From Bilabrum cf. latius (taxonomy: Eukaryota): 64,000 nt of DNA. The stretch is taken from the NCBI GenBank assembly GCA_965178125.1, contig OZ237771.1:186001-250000 (forward strand). The letters are read 5' to 3'. Under the pieces are notes generated by a model. That model searched no databases. It had not been told where the DNA came from and saw nothing but the letters and a program-made list of their open reading frames with translations. The stretch's first letter is position 1; the number at the start of each line of letters is the position of its first letter. The position numbers were made by a program, and so were the translations under genes. Below, piece after piece: positions 38,799 through 51,464 of this stretch.

Positions 38799-39109
38799 CC
38801 CGTTTGCGACACAATGTTAATGATAATCTTGATTTACGATTCACTAGCGGCCTTGCTATGGTTTATGGGATGCAATACAAGCATAAGTCGAGTTGCGCAG
38901 TGTTGTGCCTTGACGTGCCGTGTGCGTTATGAAGCAGCGCCGGGTGAAATGCACTCGCAGCAGACCTTTGGCAGCAACTATGCAATAAGTGCATATACCA
39001 GCGTGCGTTTGACATGGGTTATGTTTACTTTTTCCTTATAGGGATCAACCTGAGACGAACACATCCCGATTGCCCTTGGAGCCAGCCGATAGGCCTCTCG
39101 AAAACTTTT

Positions 39110-39281
39110 AAAACTTTTGCAAGCTGACTCAGAACTACACTACATTGTAGTACGTGTCTTCTTGAGCACTGCCGAGATCAGTATCTTCGGCGTACCCTCG
39201 GGAAGATGAGTCGGCCTTCACGCAAATCAATCCCAGTTTCTACAGTTCCGGTCTTACTGATTGTAACCCCAGACCTGCTAA
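39110..39281. repeat. Split direct repeat A1 (172 bp), element terminus
   Basis: Matches 32989-33160 (aaaacttttgcaagc...gacctgctaa). Confidence 0.9.
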
Positions 39282-42200
39282 TGCCTGGCAGGTCGAATTC
39301 GAACACTGCCAGCTTCGATTGCGACGATGCTTGCCGTTTGCCGCGCTTTGAAGTGCGATGCAAGTTGCCGCCGGCTGCATTGCTCATCGTTGATAGAGCC
39401 TTAAGGCTTATGCGCAGCGCTTGCTTGAGCTCAGGGGCACTGGATGATGAAGCAGTCGAATCGGTTGCAGTTGCGTCCTTGGTGCGCTGCTGCCACTTCA
39501 GTGACGAAGTGGTGAGCAACTCGGCAACACCCTCCAGTCTAGCCATGTTGCGCACTATTGCCACCTCTGGATCTTGCACTAGACGCCTTGAGAATCTCAG
39601 TTGGTCGCGCTGCTCGATCCACAGCGTGCCCACCGCCGCCAGGATGATTCCAAGCGTCATGGCACCGACCGCAATGAATGTCTCGGGGTTCGCCAGCACC
39701 TGCCCCGGCGTGATAGGCCGAGAGCCCACTCTGAACACCTCCCGGTTGGACTGCAGCAGCACCTCCACACGGGATGCAAAGTCCGTCAGGTGAGTGCATC
39801 GACACACCGTGCCTCCCTCCAGCAGAGCCACTGCCTGACACCCGTCCGACCGCCACGTTGCGGTTCTGACGTCCCAGTAGATGCACGCTGCTGCAGTCAG
39901 TGCTTGCTGTGTCTCGAATACCTGCTCGGTTTGGTTGGATGCTAGTGTCTCTCCGCAGGTCTGGGGGAGGTCGAGCACAATCGATGACTCATCCACCCGT
40001 GGGTTGGGGAAGGCAGGCTCGGCTCCGATCTCTCCCGATAATGCCACAACAGTCTCAGTTACGTCCGATCTCGATAGGTCTGCAGGCACGGCGGGGGCTG
40101 GTGCTTTCGGGACGAACAAGCAGACCTCCAATCCACCGGTGGAGAATTCCACTGCAGAACCCGATGCAGCGGCCGAAAGCTTGACCGACACTGTAGATCC
40201 GATGCTGCCGGCGATAGACTGGGTGGACAAAGTGGACGTCCGATTGGCCTCGACGAACGATGACCCGGTCTGGTTTACCTCGGCTCCGACCGTGGCATTC
40301 GAGTCTGTGCCGCCTATCCCGTGCGTGTCTGACAGACCCACACCGCCGGTAGGATGTGGCGACAGCACTCCGGTGGATCGAGTGTTCCATTGCATTGCAG
40401 TGGCGTCCACACCGCCCAGTAGATCGCCGCCATTCGAGCTCTGCAGAAGCCTTGCCACACTCCCTGCCGCCGTACCAGTGCCAGCGTCTATCAGTGCAAC
40501 CCCGAAAGACGCGGCAGCTCCAGACGCAGATGCCCCGCTAGCTGCATTGCCTTGCAGCGCGCCAGCCTCACCGCTGCAATACCGCTGTGCGATTGACAGG
40601 ACAGACGTGCTGGACCCATTCCCAAGCGCCACCAGCCCTAGCACAGTAGCTGAGCCAGCAGTTCCGTTCCCAGCTGCACCGCCACCCAGCACGTCCATTC
40701 GACCTGCCACCATCTCCAGGCCGACTCCATCGCTGCCCTGGCTCCGAAGCACCCTCGGCTCTTCACCGGGTATTGATCCCCGGAGCAGTGCCCTTCCAAG
40801 CAGACCCGATGTGTTGGACACCCGATCGCTCCCCTGAATGCCTGCACCACCGTTCAATGCACTCCCGGCATTCGAAGCCACCCGCAGTGTCTGCAGCAGT
40901 GACGCGGCCGGCCCGTCCTCTAGAGGCTCGTCTGGGTCTCCTTCCAGCAATCGTCTCGACAGAATCAGCTCCGTGGCATTCAGCGCAGCCCCCAGCTGCC
41001 CTGCCGTGGTGGAGTTGGCAGAGCCGAGAGCAGACGAGGTGGTCTCGGCAGCGAGCTGCATGTTCTCGCCCGTGACCTCCACGGTCTCAGCCACGGTTGC
41101 AACCAGCTCCAGAACCTGTTCCCGGATGCGAGTCGCTTGTTCGTCTTGATTGTTGGTGCGGTTCGTTGCTGCCGAGTCCCCTTGGTCGTCGATGGAGTTG
41201 AGCAGACCAGCGGATGCGCCCGCCAGCACCAGGGCCTGGCTTGGCTCACTCGACACTGCGCTGCTGAGTGCCTCGTCCAGTCTATCTGAAGCAGCACTCG
41301 TCACGATGGTAGTGTCCTGCAGCTCCGATTCATCAAGTGCTGGTGCTACCAGGATTCGCGCCGCCGCCATGCCTCGCGCGCCTGAGGGGTCTGTCGCTGT
41401 GACGATCAGGGTCATCGTCACAGGGGGCTTGCCCGCTTCCGTGCTGCCGGCGGGGAGGACGGTGTTGAGCTCGGATTCCAAGCTGGCGCCGCGCAGCGGA
41501 ACCACGCCTTGCTGTGCCAGTGCGGATGCGATCGCCTGTGAGTCGGGGGCAGGAGACCCGGAGCCCGTGTCAGGCACAGTCCCGCGGGTGTCGATGAAGA
41601 AGGCGAATCGGAGCGGGAAATCCGTCGGATCATCCTGCCATCCGTCGGTGGACAGCCGAACAGTGTCAATCAGCGCGCGAGGCTCCGTTCGATTCGAGTC
41701 ACCTGGCAGCTGCATCAGCACATCGCCCGGCCTAGGCGGCTCGTTGACGGTGACTGACACGTCGGCGCTGACCGTGGCACGGCCCGTGGCCAGCACTGCT
41801 TGACTTGCCGATGCCAGGGATACAGAGGCGCGGAACACGTATTGTTCCCCAGGTATCAGCGAACCTTCCCTCAGAACCAGCGACCTTGCGCTCCTAGCAG
41901 TCAGCAGCGCGGACTGCATCCCGGGTGCTGTGGCAGGGGCGCCCAGTCCGATGACGGCTGGGCCGGACACCTGCGTCCACTGCAGCCGCAAGCCGTCATC
42001 AATCAGCCGAGATCGCGCGTTCTGCGGGGCAATTGCATCAATCACCGCGTCTATGACAGTCTTGACAGACGCTGATACCACTACGGAGCCCCCATCTGCA
42101 CCCATCCGAGCCAGCCTGGTCCGCAGTGCGGTTGCCTCGACCGAAGGGAGTCCTGGGAGGGCCACTGTGACGAGTGCAGACGCGGTACCAGATACAACTG

Positions 42201-44018
42201 TGCCTGCCAGCATCGTGGGTGGTGAAGCCTGCAGCAAGCGGCTGGAGATGGACGTGCCGTTGGACGGTGCTTGGGTTGTGCTGTTCCTGCCTGCCGTCAT
42301 GTTGCCGCCGGGTGGCGCGCCATTGAGACTTGTGATTCCGGATGACACATTCACGGACACCGTTAGCACTTGCCCAACGAATGACGCCGTCTGTTGTGGA
42401 CCCACATTGGTGTTGGCAATGGTCGTAAGCTCGCCGCTGCCCGGCACGATGTCAAGGCATGAAGTGCTCGCGGTCCCGCTGCCAGTTCTCGCCGTGCAGG
42501 ACCAGCGATACAGCTGCAGGGGAGCATGCTGGCTATCGTCATACCCGGGATCAATTGAAACCCCAGACTGGTCAAAGTCAGGATCTATGCCGGTTTGGGC
42601 ACCTCGTCCTGCACTTGCCCCTATGCTGAACCCAAGCTCGGCAGACACAGTGCGTGAACCGCCCGTCACACCAAGCCGCAGTTGAGATCGCCTGACTCCC
42701 ACCCCGACGATTCCAAACGACTGCGCCAGCACGGTGTGTAGGCCCGTAAGCATCGGCTCAATGCTCCCATCGGGCTGCCTCAGCACGGGCACCGCCCTGA
42801 CCCCGAACACATAGGCGTGCCCCACCCTGAGCGCAGTGGCTGGGACTCGCAGCTGGGCTCTGCCTGTCCTTGCCATGGACCACGACAGCGATTTAAACCA
42901 CCCCGCATCGGACACATCGTGCTGCATTGCCCCACCGCCCACATCACGGATGGCAAGCGTGCCTTTCTCCCAGTCATAGTCCCCGTATGGTGGACCAGTG
43001 GTGGCCCCAGTGAGCCTGCGACGGAGATATTCACGCCCCATAGTAGACTCCGAATCAACGACGAGCCGTCGATCTAGACCAATGTATTGGCTGTACATAA
43101 GGAAATCCAGCGCGTCTGTACTAGCAACAATACCAGCTCGGGATACCAGGCCGGCTTGGGCTGCCTGCACCAGGCGCTCCGGGCTCAAGCTGAGCTGGAG
43201 GTCTTGCACTGCAGTGAGCTGCACCCACTCGAATCCGATGGCTGCTTGGACGCCACTTGGCAGAACACCGGATGTACCACCGCACAGCCTGGGTCTGGGC
43301 CCGAGCTCAACCGCTTGCGTTCTAGATGCGACGATCGCAGTCCGATTCCCCGGTGTCAGCACGGGCCTTGGTGCCCCCACGATGGTGACCTTGACTGACG
43401 CCACGCGGTCGCTTGTATCATCCCATGACTATTGCACGTTGTTTAAGTCGATTGCCCCGTCCCTGGCCCTGACACGGATCGTCACACCAACCACAGTGCC
43501 CATGGCAGGCAGCGGCACGGTCAGGCCAGTCGGACTCGCAGAGGTCCTAGCGCGTGCATTGTTTGTAATCGCCTTGGAGGCGTGCTGCAGTTGGAACTGA
43601 ACGGTACTTAGCCTAGATCCAGCCGCGTCTTCAGCTATCGCTTCCAGTGCCAGCCGCAGACTGGCTATCGCTTCGTCAAACTCAGCTGACTGTCCAGGCA
43701 CCCCGACAGAGCCGGAGCCATCAAACCCACCCTCGCCTACCGAGCCATCAAAGTCTCCGATCGCTTCCACTAAGATGTCCCACTCAAACCGCAACCCCAC
43801 ACCGCTCCCACCAGATACAATTGCCGACCCAGACGAAGACACATCCAAGCTGGAATCGCAGTAGTCCAGTAGGTAGATCCCGGTCTCCACGGACGCAGCC
43901 ACAACGGCAAGGGAGCCAGGCGCAATGCTTGTAGTTGGTGTGGCTGTTGATGTTGGAGGGGAAGTCATGGATGGAGTTGGCGAGGCTGAGGCAGTGTTTG
44001 TCGGGGTCGGAGTGCTAG

Positions 44019-44657
44019 TGCTGGATACACTCGACGTGGGCGAGGTGCTGGGACTGCTGGTGATGCTCGGCGTGGGCGAGGTGCTGGGACTGCTGGATAC
44101 ACTCGACGTGGGCGAGGTGCTGGGGCTGCTGGATACACTCGGCGTGGGCGAGGTGCTGGGGCTGCTGGATACACTCGGCGTGGGCGAGGTGCTGGGGCTG
44201 CTGGATACACTCGGCGTGGGCGAGGTGCTGGGGCTGCTGGATACACTCGGCGTGGGCGAGGTGCTGGGACTGCTGGTGATGCTCGGCGTGGGCGAGGTGC
44301 TGGGGCTGCTGGATACACTCGGCGTGGGCGAGGTGCTGGGGCTGCTGGATACACTCGACGTGGGCGAGGTGCTGGGGCTGCTGGATACACTCGGCGTGGG
44401 CGAGGTGCTGGGGCTGCTGGATACACTCGGCGTGGGCGAGGTGCTGGGGCTGCTGGATACACTCGGCGTGGGCGAGGTGCTGGGGCTGCTGGATACACTC
44501 GGCGTGGGCGAGGTGCTGGGGCTGCTGGATACACTCGACGTGGGCGAGGTGCTGGGGCTGCTGGATACACTCGGCGTGGGCGAGGTGCTGGGGCTGCTGG
44601 ATACACTCGGCGTGGGCGAGGTGCTGGGGCTGCTGGATACACTCGGCGTGGGCGAGA
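44019..44657 (-). repeat. Coding 36-bp tandem repeat (17 units) in the stalk of copy B
   Basis: Same unit as 19361-19655; 108 codons (9 units) longer. Confidence 0.9.
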
Positions 44658-47600
44658 TGCTGACTGTAGGCGTAGCCGATGGTGAGACAGAAGGGCATGC
44701 TGATGTGATAGGCCCGGCCGGTGGACCCCCAACGGATGCTATGTAGACTGCTCCTGCCTGTGGACCACCTGTTTCGTCTTGGTCGGCGCCGAATATGAGT
44801 TCCACACGACCGTCGCCATCGAGATCATTGATTGAACCTGATACACCCCACATTGTACCTGTGCTCAGCACGCCATTGATGCCTTGCGTGTTGATGTCCA
44901 GCACCGTGACGCCTTGTACGAGATTTACGGTGGTAGGCGAGGTGCAGCTGAGGTAGAAGATGAAGTTCTTGCCTGTGTCCTGACCACCCGTGTCGTCCGA
45001 GGGAGCACCCACAGCGATGTCCGTGATACCATCGCCGTTCATGTCACCAACATTGGCTACCCGAGACCCAAATTCAGACATTGCTTGAATGCTCCCAGCT
45101 GGTACCCCTTCCTGCCCATCCCTGATCACCCTCACGGATCCAGGCATGACAGTCCCGTTGGACTGAATGCCGAAGTAGACAACTGCGTCGCTCCCCCTCG
45201 CGCCTGCAACCAGGTCAATTGAATGAAGGGGGGATCGGGGCAGGATGGTTGCAATTGAAAACCCAAGGAGCCGCACCTGTGGCTGGATGGAACTCAGGCC
45301 AGTGGACTGGGAGATCTTGGTGGTGGAAGCCACGGTGTCATCACCGTTCATGATGTGGATGAAGATAACACCACCATCTTCGTCACCTCCAGAAGCAGCG
45401 GATGCAGTGACAGCGATATCAGTCATACCATCACCGTCCAAGTCACCGAGGTTACTGGAAGCCTGCCCGTACCTGCCTCCAACTGGCAGTGTACCTGTAG
45501 GAATGCCATTGAGTCCATTATGCAGCACCACCGTGTTGGTGACCGTGCCGCTTGCGTCCAGGCGGAAAATGTAGGCCCTCCCAGTGAGCGACTAGCCGTT
45601 CACATTGAGGAATGGCTGGCCCGCGACCACCCGCGGGTTTGCTCCGTCCTATCCGTTGGGCTGGTCGTAGCGACACAGACCAGACCCGAACTGTGATCCT
45701 GTCCTTGGCCCGTATCCAGACGCATATATATTTCCACCAGAACCCAGGTGGTACTCAGTGTAGCTGTCCACGGTCTTGTCGGCGTTCATCATTAGAATCG
45801 CGAAGGAGCCTGCGCCGGTGCCTCCCCCGCTGGCTTGGAACAGCGTGACGCCCATGTCCTCGACGGAGTCTCCGTTCATGTCTCCGAGTGATACAGCGTG
45901 GCGGCCAAACCAGTCGCCTGACCGCGGAAATCCCACCGGCAGTCCTGTCTGCCCGCTGGTGATCTTGACCATGGATACTACAGCGCCGACTGGTGCAGGC
46001 GAGGGGCTGGGGCTAGCCAACGGCAATGGCCCACGAATGCGAAGCATGCCTACTTCTTCGAACAGTGGCCTCGGCACCGCAATGAACGTGTCGATCATGC
46101 CCAGTGGCTGGTTTACGACCTGGTGATACACAGCAGGTCCCCTCCCAAACTGATGAGATGTAGTGTAGTTGATTGCCACTTGGTCACCCGTCGTAATTGT
46201 CTGATCCAGCGGTGGATGGAGCACTTGCCGAGCGAGAGGTATTTCGATCTCGTCGTGGTTGAGCTCCACAGCGACAAAGAAATGACCCTCACACCCAATG
46301 ATCAGCTCCTTCTACCCATCACCAGTCAGGTCTGCCATCTCAAGTCCCCTGTAGCACTCTCGCCCAGTACTATTGAAGCTATCCTCGATCTCTTCGCCTA
46401 TTATGTCGTTCAATGCCTCGTGCAGGGTGTCAATGCTCAGGCCAGCGGCCCCTCCCAGCTCGGCGAGGAACGGCTGCATCTTAGAAGACTGGTCCATAGC
46501 CGTGAAGGCAAGAAGGACCCGCGTGTCTCCATGCACGGGATCGATCCTCTCGCCCACGGAGGGAGCCATCAGCGATCCGTACCTCATGCCTGCACTTGGA
46601 AGCCCGCGAAGCACTATTTGAGGAGCAACAGCCTCTAAGATAGGAGCAAGAGGGTTCACTTCATAGGCCATAATCGCCCCGTCATCACTGTCAGCTCCCG
46701 GGACACCCACGTACAGCGTGCCCCATCCCTCCCAAAATGCTAGGGCTACCCCGATGTACGCGTTGTCGCGGTCGATGACCAAGCCAGAATTCCGCACAAC
46801 CGATGCACCGTATGATTCAGCAGACTCGACATACAACGGTCCATTTTCCGTTTGCTCACACAACCGCATTACTGTGAACCCACCTGCCCTGGAATAGGCC
46901 TACCCAAAGGACCAGTCCTCCGCCAGCGGTGTGCCCAGAGCGAGATCGGCGCAGTGCATGTGCATGCCGGGGAACCCGGGCCTCTCAACACCGGGCCCCA
47001 GTCCAACCACCACATGCCCAAACATGCTGTTCTCTGGAACGTGGCCGGGGCTGGTAAGTCCAATCGTCACACCGGGTTCGAAGACCTGTGTCGGTCCTGA
47101 AGGCAGGCTCGTGTTGGAATCAATGGGGGTGATGTATACTCGGCTCCTGATGGAGATCGGAGGGCCATTTAATCGGCGAGCAACTTGTTGGCTTGCACTT
47201 AAGACATCATCTGAACTCGGCTGGCCTCGGTCATGCTGTATAGGATCACGGCCGTATTCGGTAAGCCTGCGTACCACACCGCCGGGCCGCTCCAGGAAAT
47301 CAGGGATGCCGATTGGCTCAGGGAAGAAGTCGTTGTCTGCTGGCCCAGAGTCGTCCTCCCAGTGCTCGGTTGCAACCAGTGCTGTCTTGCCCCCGTACCG
47401 GATCACAGCCACAGAGTGCCCAAACTGCTCCTGTGTGGCAGCAGGTCGCATTGCCGTCGACGCGTTCCTAAGAATGGCATGCGCTTCGAGGTTCAGACCC
47501 ATGCTCGACCTAGGCGGGAGCTTGGGCTCAGGGGGAATCAGCTGCAGGAAGGCGATCGACTCTGTGTTAGGATTTGCAACAAATGCAACAACGATGCTGG

Positions 47601-49640
47601 TACGATTGGGGTGGGACACCCCTCGCACGACATCCTGGGCGACCATGTGCATTTGTGTTGGGACAATCCCGTTGAGCCCAGGAGATAGGACAGTCAGCTT
47701 GACTGCATCTTTCACCGGTTCAGCCCTCGAGCCGTCGCTCATGTACAGTACGAACAATGCACCCGAGTCTATCCCACCGGCATTTGAGATCGGCGCTGAC
47801 ACGATGGCATCCGCAACACCGTCAAGATTAAGATCTCCAGGCGAGACTATAAATTCGCCAAATGATGAATCAGATTCGATCAAACCGCTTGGTATACCGC
47901 CCTAGCCATCGAGAATGGCGACTGCTTGATCCGGATCAGGTACTAAACCACTACTAGTTATTTGCACGAGCGCCAACCCGTTGATACCATCTAGGTGCAA
48001 GTGGACTAACAGACCAGTGGGCTAATCGTAGCCTTGCAGCGGTATTGCGGCTATTCCGAAACCAAACAAGTTATGGAGTGGTAACCCGGCAATTGATGCA
48101 GAATCGAACCCCTCACCAACAGCCTGGCTCAGGCGGGTGAAGCTCTTGACGGTATCATCGCCAAGCATGAACAGGATGAAGATGGCACCCGATCCAGAGC
48201 CGCCATGCATGAGGTTGTAGGCTCTCACCACAACGTCAACATATCCATCAAGGTCCAAGTCGCCGATCGGGCTGATCGGGTCCCCGAAGTTTGCATACGG
48301 AGGCAAGGTGCCGGATGGCAGCCCGCCTTGACCGTCCCCAATGACCGTGCTGTTAGCTACTGTGCCGTTTGGACGCAGTCGTAGTATCACCACCATACCT
48401 CTGCCCTAAATCGCCACCTCATCGCAATTCGGACAGCCCACCAGCAGACGCACCATTCCAGGCTGGTCCCCCATTGGCTGCAGCAGAGCGGAGAGCCATG
48501 TACCAAGGAAATTATGCGGAGACCGGTTGATTGGAATCCCATCTTCGTTGCTTGAAAGCTTTGTTACGCCCAGAGCCGTGCCACCTTGCTGCATCCGGAT
48601 CACCCAGATCGCCCCCGTGTCTTCTCCAGCGGCGCTGTCGTCATCCGGTGCACCCACCGCAAGGTCAGGGGTGCCGTTCCCGTCGATGTCGTAGATGCTC
48701 GTCACTGCGAAGCCAAACCTATCCGTGGGATCCGTCAGGCTTGCGTTAAAGCCACCTTGGCCATTGCCAACCATGATCATACCATCCACCAGCGGCTCCT
48801 CGAGGGGCAGCGGAGACGGGGATGCCTGAAGCGAACGGTCGCTCCTTAGCGTTCGCGTGATTGGAAATCCCAGTGAGGGCATATTTTGGCTCCTATCTTC
48901 ACTAGATGATGCAAGTTTGCTTGCTCCAAAAGCATCGGTGCCGTCGGCCTGGCTGTTGCCCGCAGTTCCGACAGGATGTACACAAGTGGAACAAAAACCT
49001 GCGGCCTCATTGGTACAGACTAGGATATGCAGGCTTTGGTTCGCTAGCAAATACTGGTTATTCTTAATACATATCAATATTACTACAAGGTGGCAGTTGT
49101 AAGCTAGAGTAGCCCATCGTGCTATACCCGCAAGAGTTCGCAAATCCACGTCCTCACCACTACGGTCATCAGCTTGCTCAGCAAACTCCGCCGCTTCTAC
49201 TATCAGATTGGGCACAACTACAACAACAACTACAACTACTAACAATCTAGCGACTGCGAGGTTCAAACAGAATTCGTAGAACTACAGCTGTCTGGGCCGA
49301 CACTTTTAGCAACAACTACGATCTCGGCCTAATATACGCGGTATTCAATACCAGATCAGGTCATCGTGCTGGTCAAATCTCTGAAGACATATATTTATAA
49401 TCATTTCAACGATCTAATACCATCAACACGTGATCATGGGTTGAAACCAGAGTGGTATCGGAATATTGGAATGTCGTCGAAGTTTCACAAATGTACCCTC
49501 AATAACGAAGCTTACATACGTTCATGAGATTGTTAGGTTGATTGAATCAAGTATGTAGAGGATAGCCTTGCCTACGAAGAGTGAATGCCTGTGTTCAAGT
49601 GTGGCTGCCGATCGTTTCCATGGCTTTCACGCGGTCCAGC

Positions 49641-49827
49641 TTGGTCGCAAGTCTCACTGCCAGGTTGCAACCAGCTGGGGATTGCATGTCAGCCGGCCGA
49701 TATGGACTGCAAACACACAAAAAATCATGGATTATCGCGATCTGTATGAAGATAAATTCCATTTCATCATTTTCACAGCAGCATCGCTACTAGACGAACG
49801 AGCGACCGGTTCCATAGGTTGCAACCG
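49641..49827. promoter_or_regulatory. Copy-B version of the paired GGTTGCAACC upstream elements
   Basis: ttggtcgcaa-N10-caggttgcaacca at 49641-49673 and agcgaccgg-N6-aggttgcaaccg at 49801-49827. Confidence 0.45.
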
Positions 49828-50099
49828 GAACCAGAACACGGCGATGGGGCCTTCCTGCCGACTACGAGGCCATAGTTTGGATGAGTTCCTGACATTCAGA
49901 CCACTACAAGGGAACAAAGGTCATGCGCCATGCATGCTCTACATCGCGGGGAGCACCTTCACTGAAAGAAGCATGGTGGGCAGCAGCCAGTGGCGGTCGC
50001 TTGTGAGAGCAGCAGGGACAAGGCCTTTCACGGATCTCTGAAAACACGCAGCAACGAACTAACTGCAGCAGAGGCAATCATCACCCATTGTCGCCGACC

Positions 50100-51431
50100 T
50101 CACTGCCCAGCGGTTGAGTAGTAATCGTTGGGAGCTTCAGCATAGACACCACCCTGCATACCAGGGTATTGGTGCTGCTGCCCGCCCTGAATGCTCCCCG
50201 CCTGCCCACTGGCATGAGACTGGCCCAGCGGTCCTGTGGTGCCAGCCACTTGTCCCGTTGCAATCACCTGTGCTGTCGGAATCGCAGGGTACCCCTGCCC
50301 TGCCCCCATGGACCCCCGGGGTACACCCCCCACAACACGACCATCCCCCGCCCCCCCCAACTAGCAAGGGTGCCCCATCCCCCGCTGATCCCCCTGGCTA
50401 CCCCCGCCCCCTTGTTCCCTGGTAGCAGCAGAACCCCACGTAGCAGCCTATCACGACCACGACTCCGGCCGCCAGGAGAATCACCCGTTTTAGGTCGAAC
50501 ACCGTTGGACTACCCCCGGGGTTGCCCCCAGGTGTGGGGGTGGGGGTGGCAGGGATGCTGGGAGTGGGGGAGGGCGAAGGGGAGCTCCCGAAACTTGGGG
50601 AGGCCGATGGGGTGGGGCTGGTGGAGGGGGTGGTCGACGGGCTGGGGGGTAGGAGCTGGGAGCTCAGGGCACACAGGAGATACGTGCCGAGCTCCAGACC
50701 CCCGGTGGGAGGAGTATCCTGCTCCTCGTCACCCACCCACCCATCGACCATACCACTCGTCACACTGACGTCGTCGTCACCCTGATCATCCTTCCTGTAG
50801 TGCATCTGCAGGTACAGCGACTAGTTGCGACCGATGGTGGGAAGAGAATGGATCTTCACCCCGTCGAGAGCGAGTCCACCCCCAGTCCATCGCTGGATTG
50901 AGGATCGGATTGCCGCGTTGTCCATCTTCCATACCTGCTTATCCCCATTGTAGGCGTCGATCGCCTGCACCGTGGTGTTGGTGCTGACGAACGCAACGCC
51001 GTCGGAACCAACGCTGGAGCCGATGACCCCGATGTGACGAGCACGACAGTCCCGGCCAGCGGGTCCTGCCCCGGTCCCGGATGGGTGCATTGCACGATGG
51101 CGGGGGCGCCAAGCACCGTATCGGGGCCCTCGTACTCCCCCCTGGGCAGGTGCACGGGGGAAAAGCTGTGCTGTCCACTGCCAGGAGGATCAAAACGTCG
51201 GCGTCGGGAGAATCGAAGTGTGACGAGTGAAGCTCGCCGCAGAGGACGCTGCCGGCGCGTCTGCGCCCGGTATCGTTACCGGAGGATTCGACCGCGCCTT
51301 CCAGCTCGCGCTGCAGTGCGATGCAGTGGCTCAGCTTGACGGTGGCAGCTACGAATTGCGTGTCATTACGGCCACTACCGCCTGCTCCCCCCGCTGCCAA
51401 GCTAACACAGGTAATCATGTTCTGAATGTAG
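50100..51431 (-). pseudogene. 5'-truncated, frameshifted duplicate of the PQQ-like propeller gene (11782-13941)
   Basis: Homologous to 12516-13941 but lacks the signal peptide and first third. It has internal deletions, and the homologous peptides fall in different frames (ORF pieces ending 51448, 51155, 51090/50805, 50360). Confidence 0.85.
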
Positions 51432-51464
51432 ATCGAAAAACCATCCAATCGACTAGAGATTATC

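Larger units (their letters stand above)
32281..39281 (-). mobile_element. Non-autonomous tyrosine-recombinase-type retrotransposon with split direct repeats (Ngaro/PAT/TOC1-like), 7,001 bp, no target-site duplication
   Basis: Boundaries are set by the empty site in copy A (ctcgcg|tgcctgg in + orientation). Minus-strand layout: A1(39281-39110) - internal - B1(33313-33161)A2(33160-32989) - unique 555 bp - B2(32433-32281). Contains an RT remnant and tandem arrays; no intact gag/RT/YR ORF seen. Confidence 0.8.
28454..49266 (-). pseudogene. Polycystin-1-like receptor copy B, interrupted by a 7,001-bp retroelement (may still yield a truncated ~3,360-aa product)
   Basis: Near-identical inverted paralogue of 14753-28168. 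13 in-frame TAGs, 12 at positions matching copy A. Removing 32281-39281 restores the exact frame and junction (DLPG-TRVFVEQ). Native stop TGA 28454-28456; premature TGA 39178-39180 inside the element. Confidence 0.8.
28856..51431 (-). repeat. Right arm of the inverted segmental duplication (contains the retroelement insertion)
   Basis: Reverse complement of 12516-27811, apart from the 32281-39281 insertion, VNTR expansion and small indels. Confidence 0.9.

Noticed and set aside
35602-39041. Long ORFs (681, 530, 865, 439, 380 aa) over the satellite
   Set aside because: The unit length is mostly not a multiple of three, and the T-poor monomer is open in all three frames, cycling through the same peptides; artefact.
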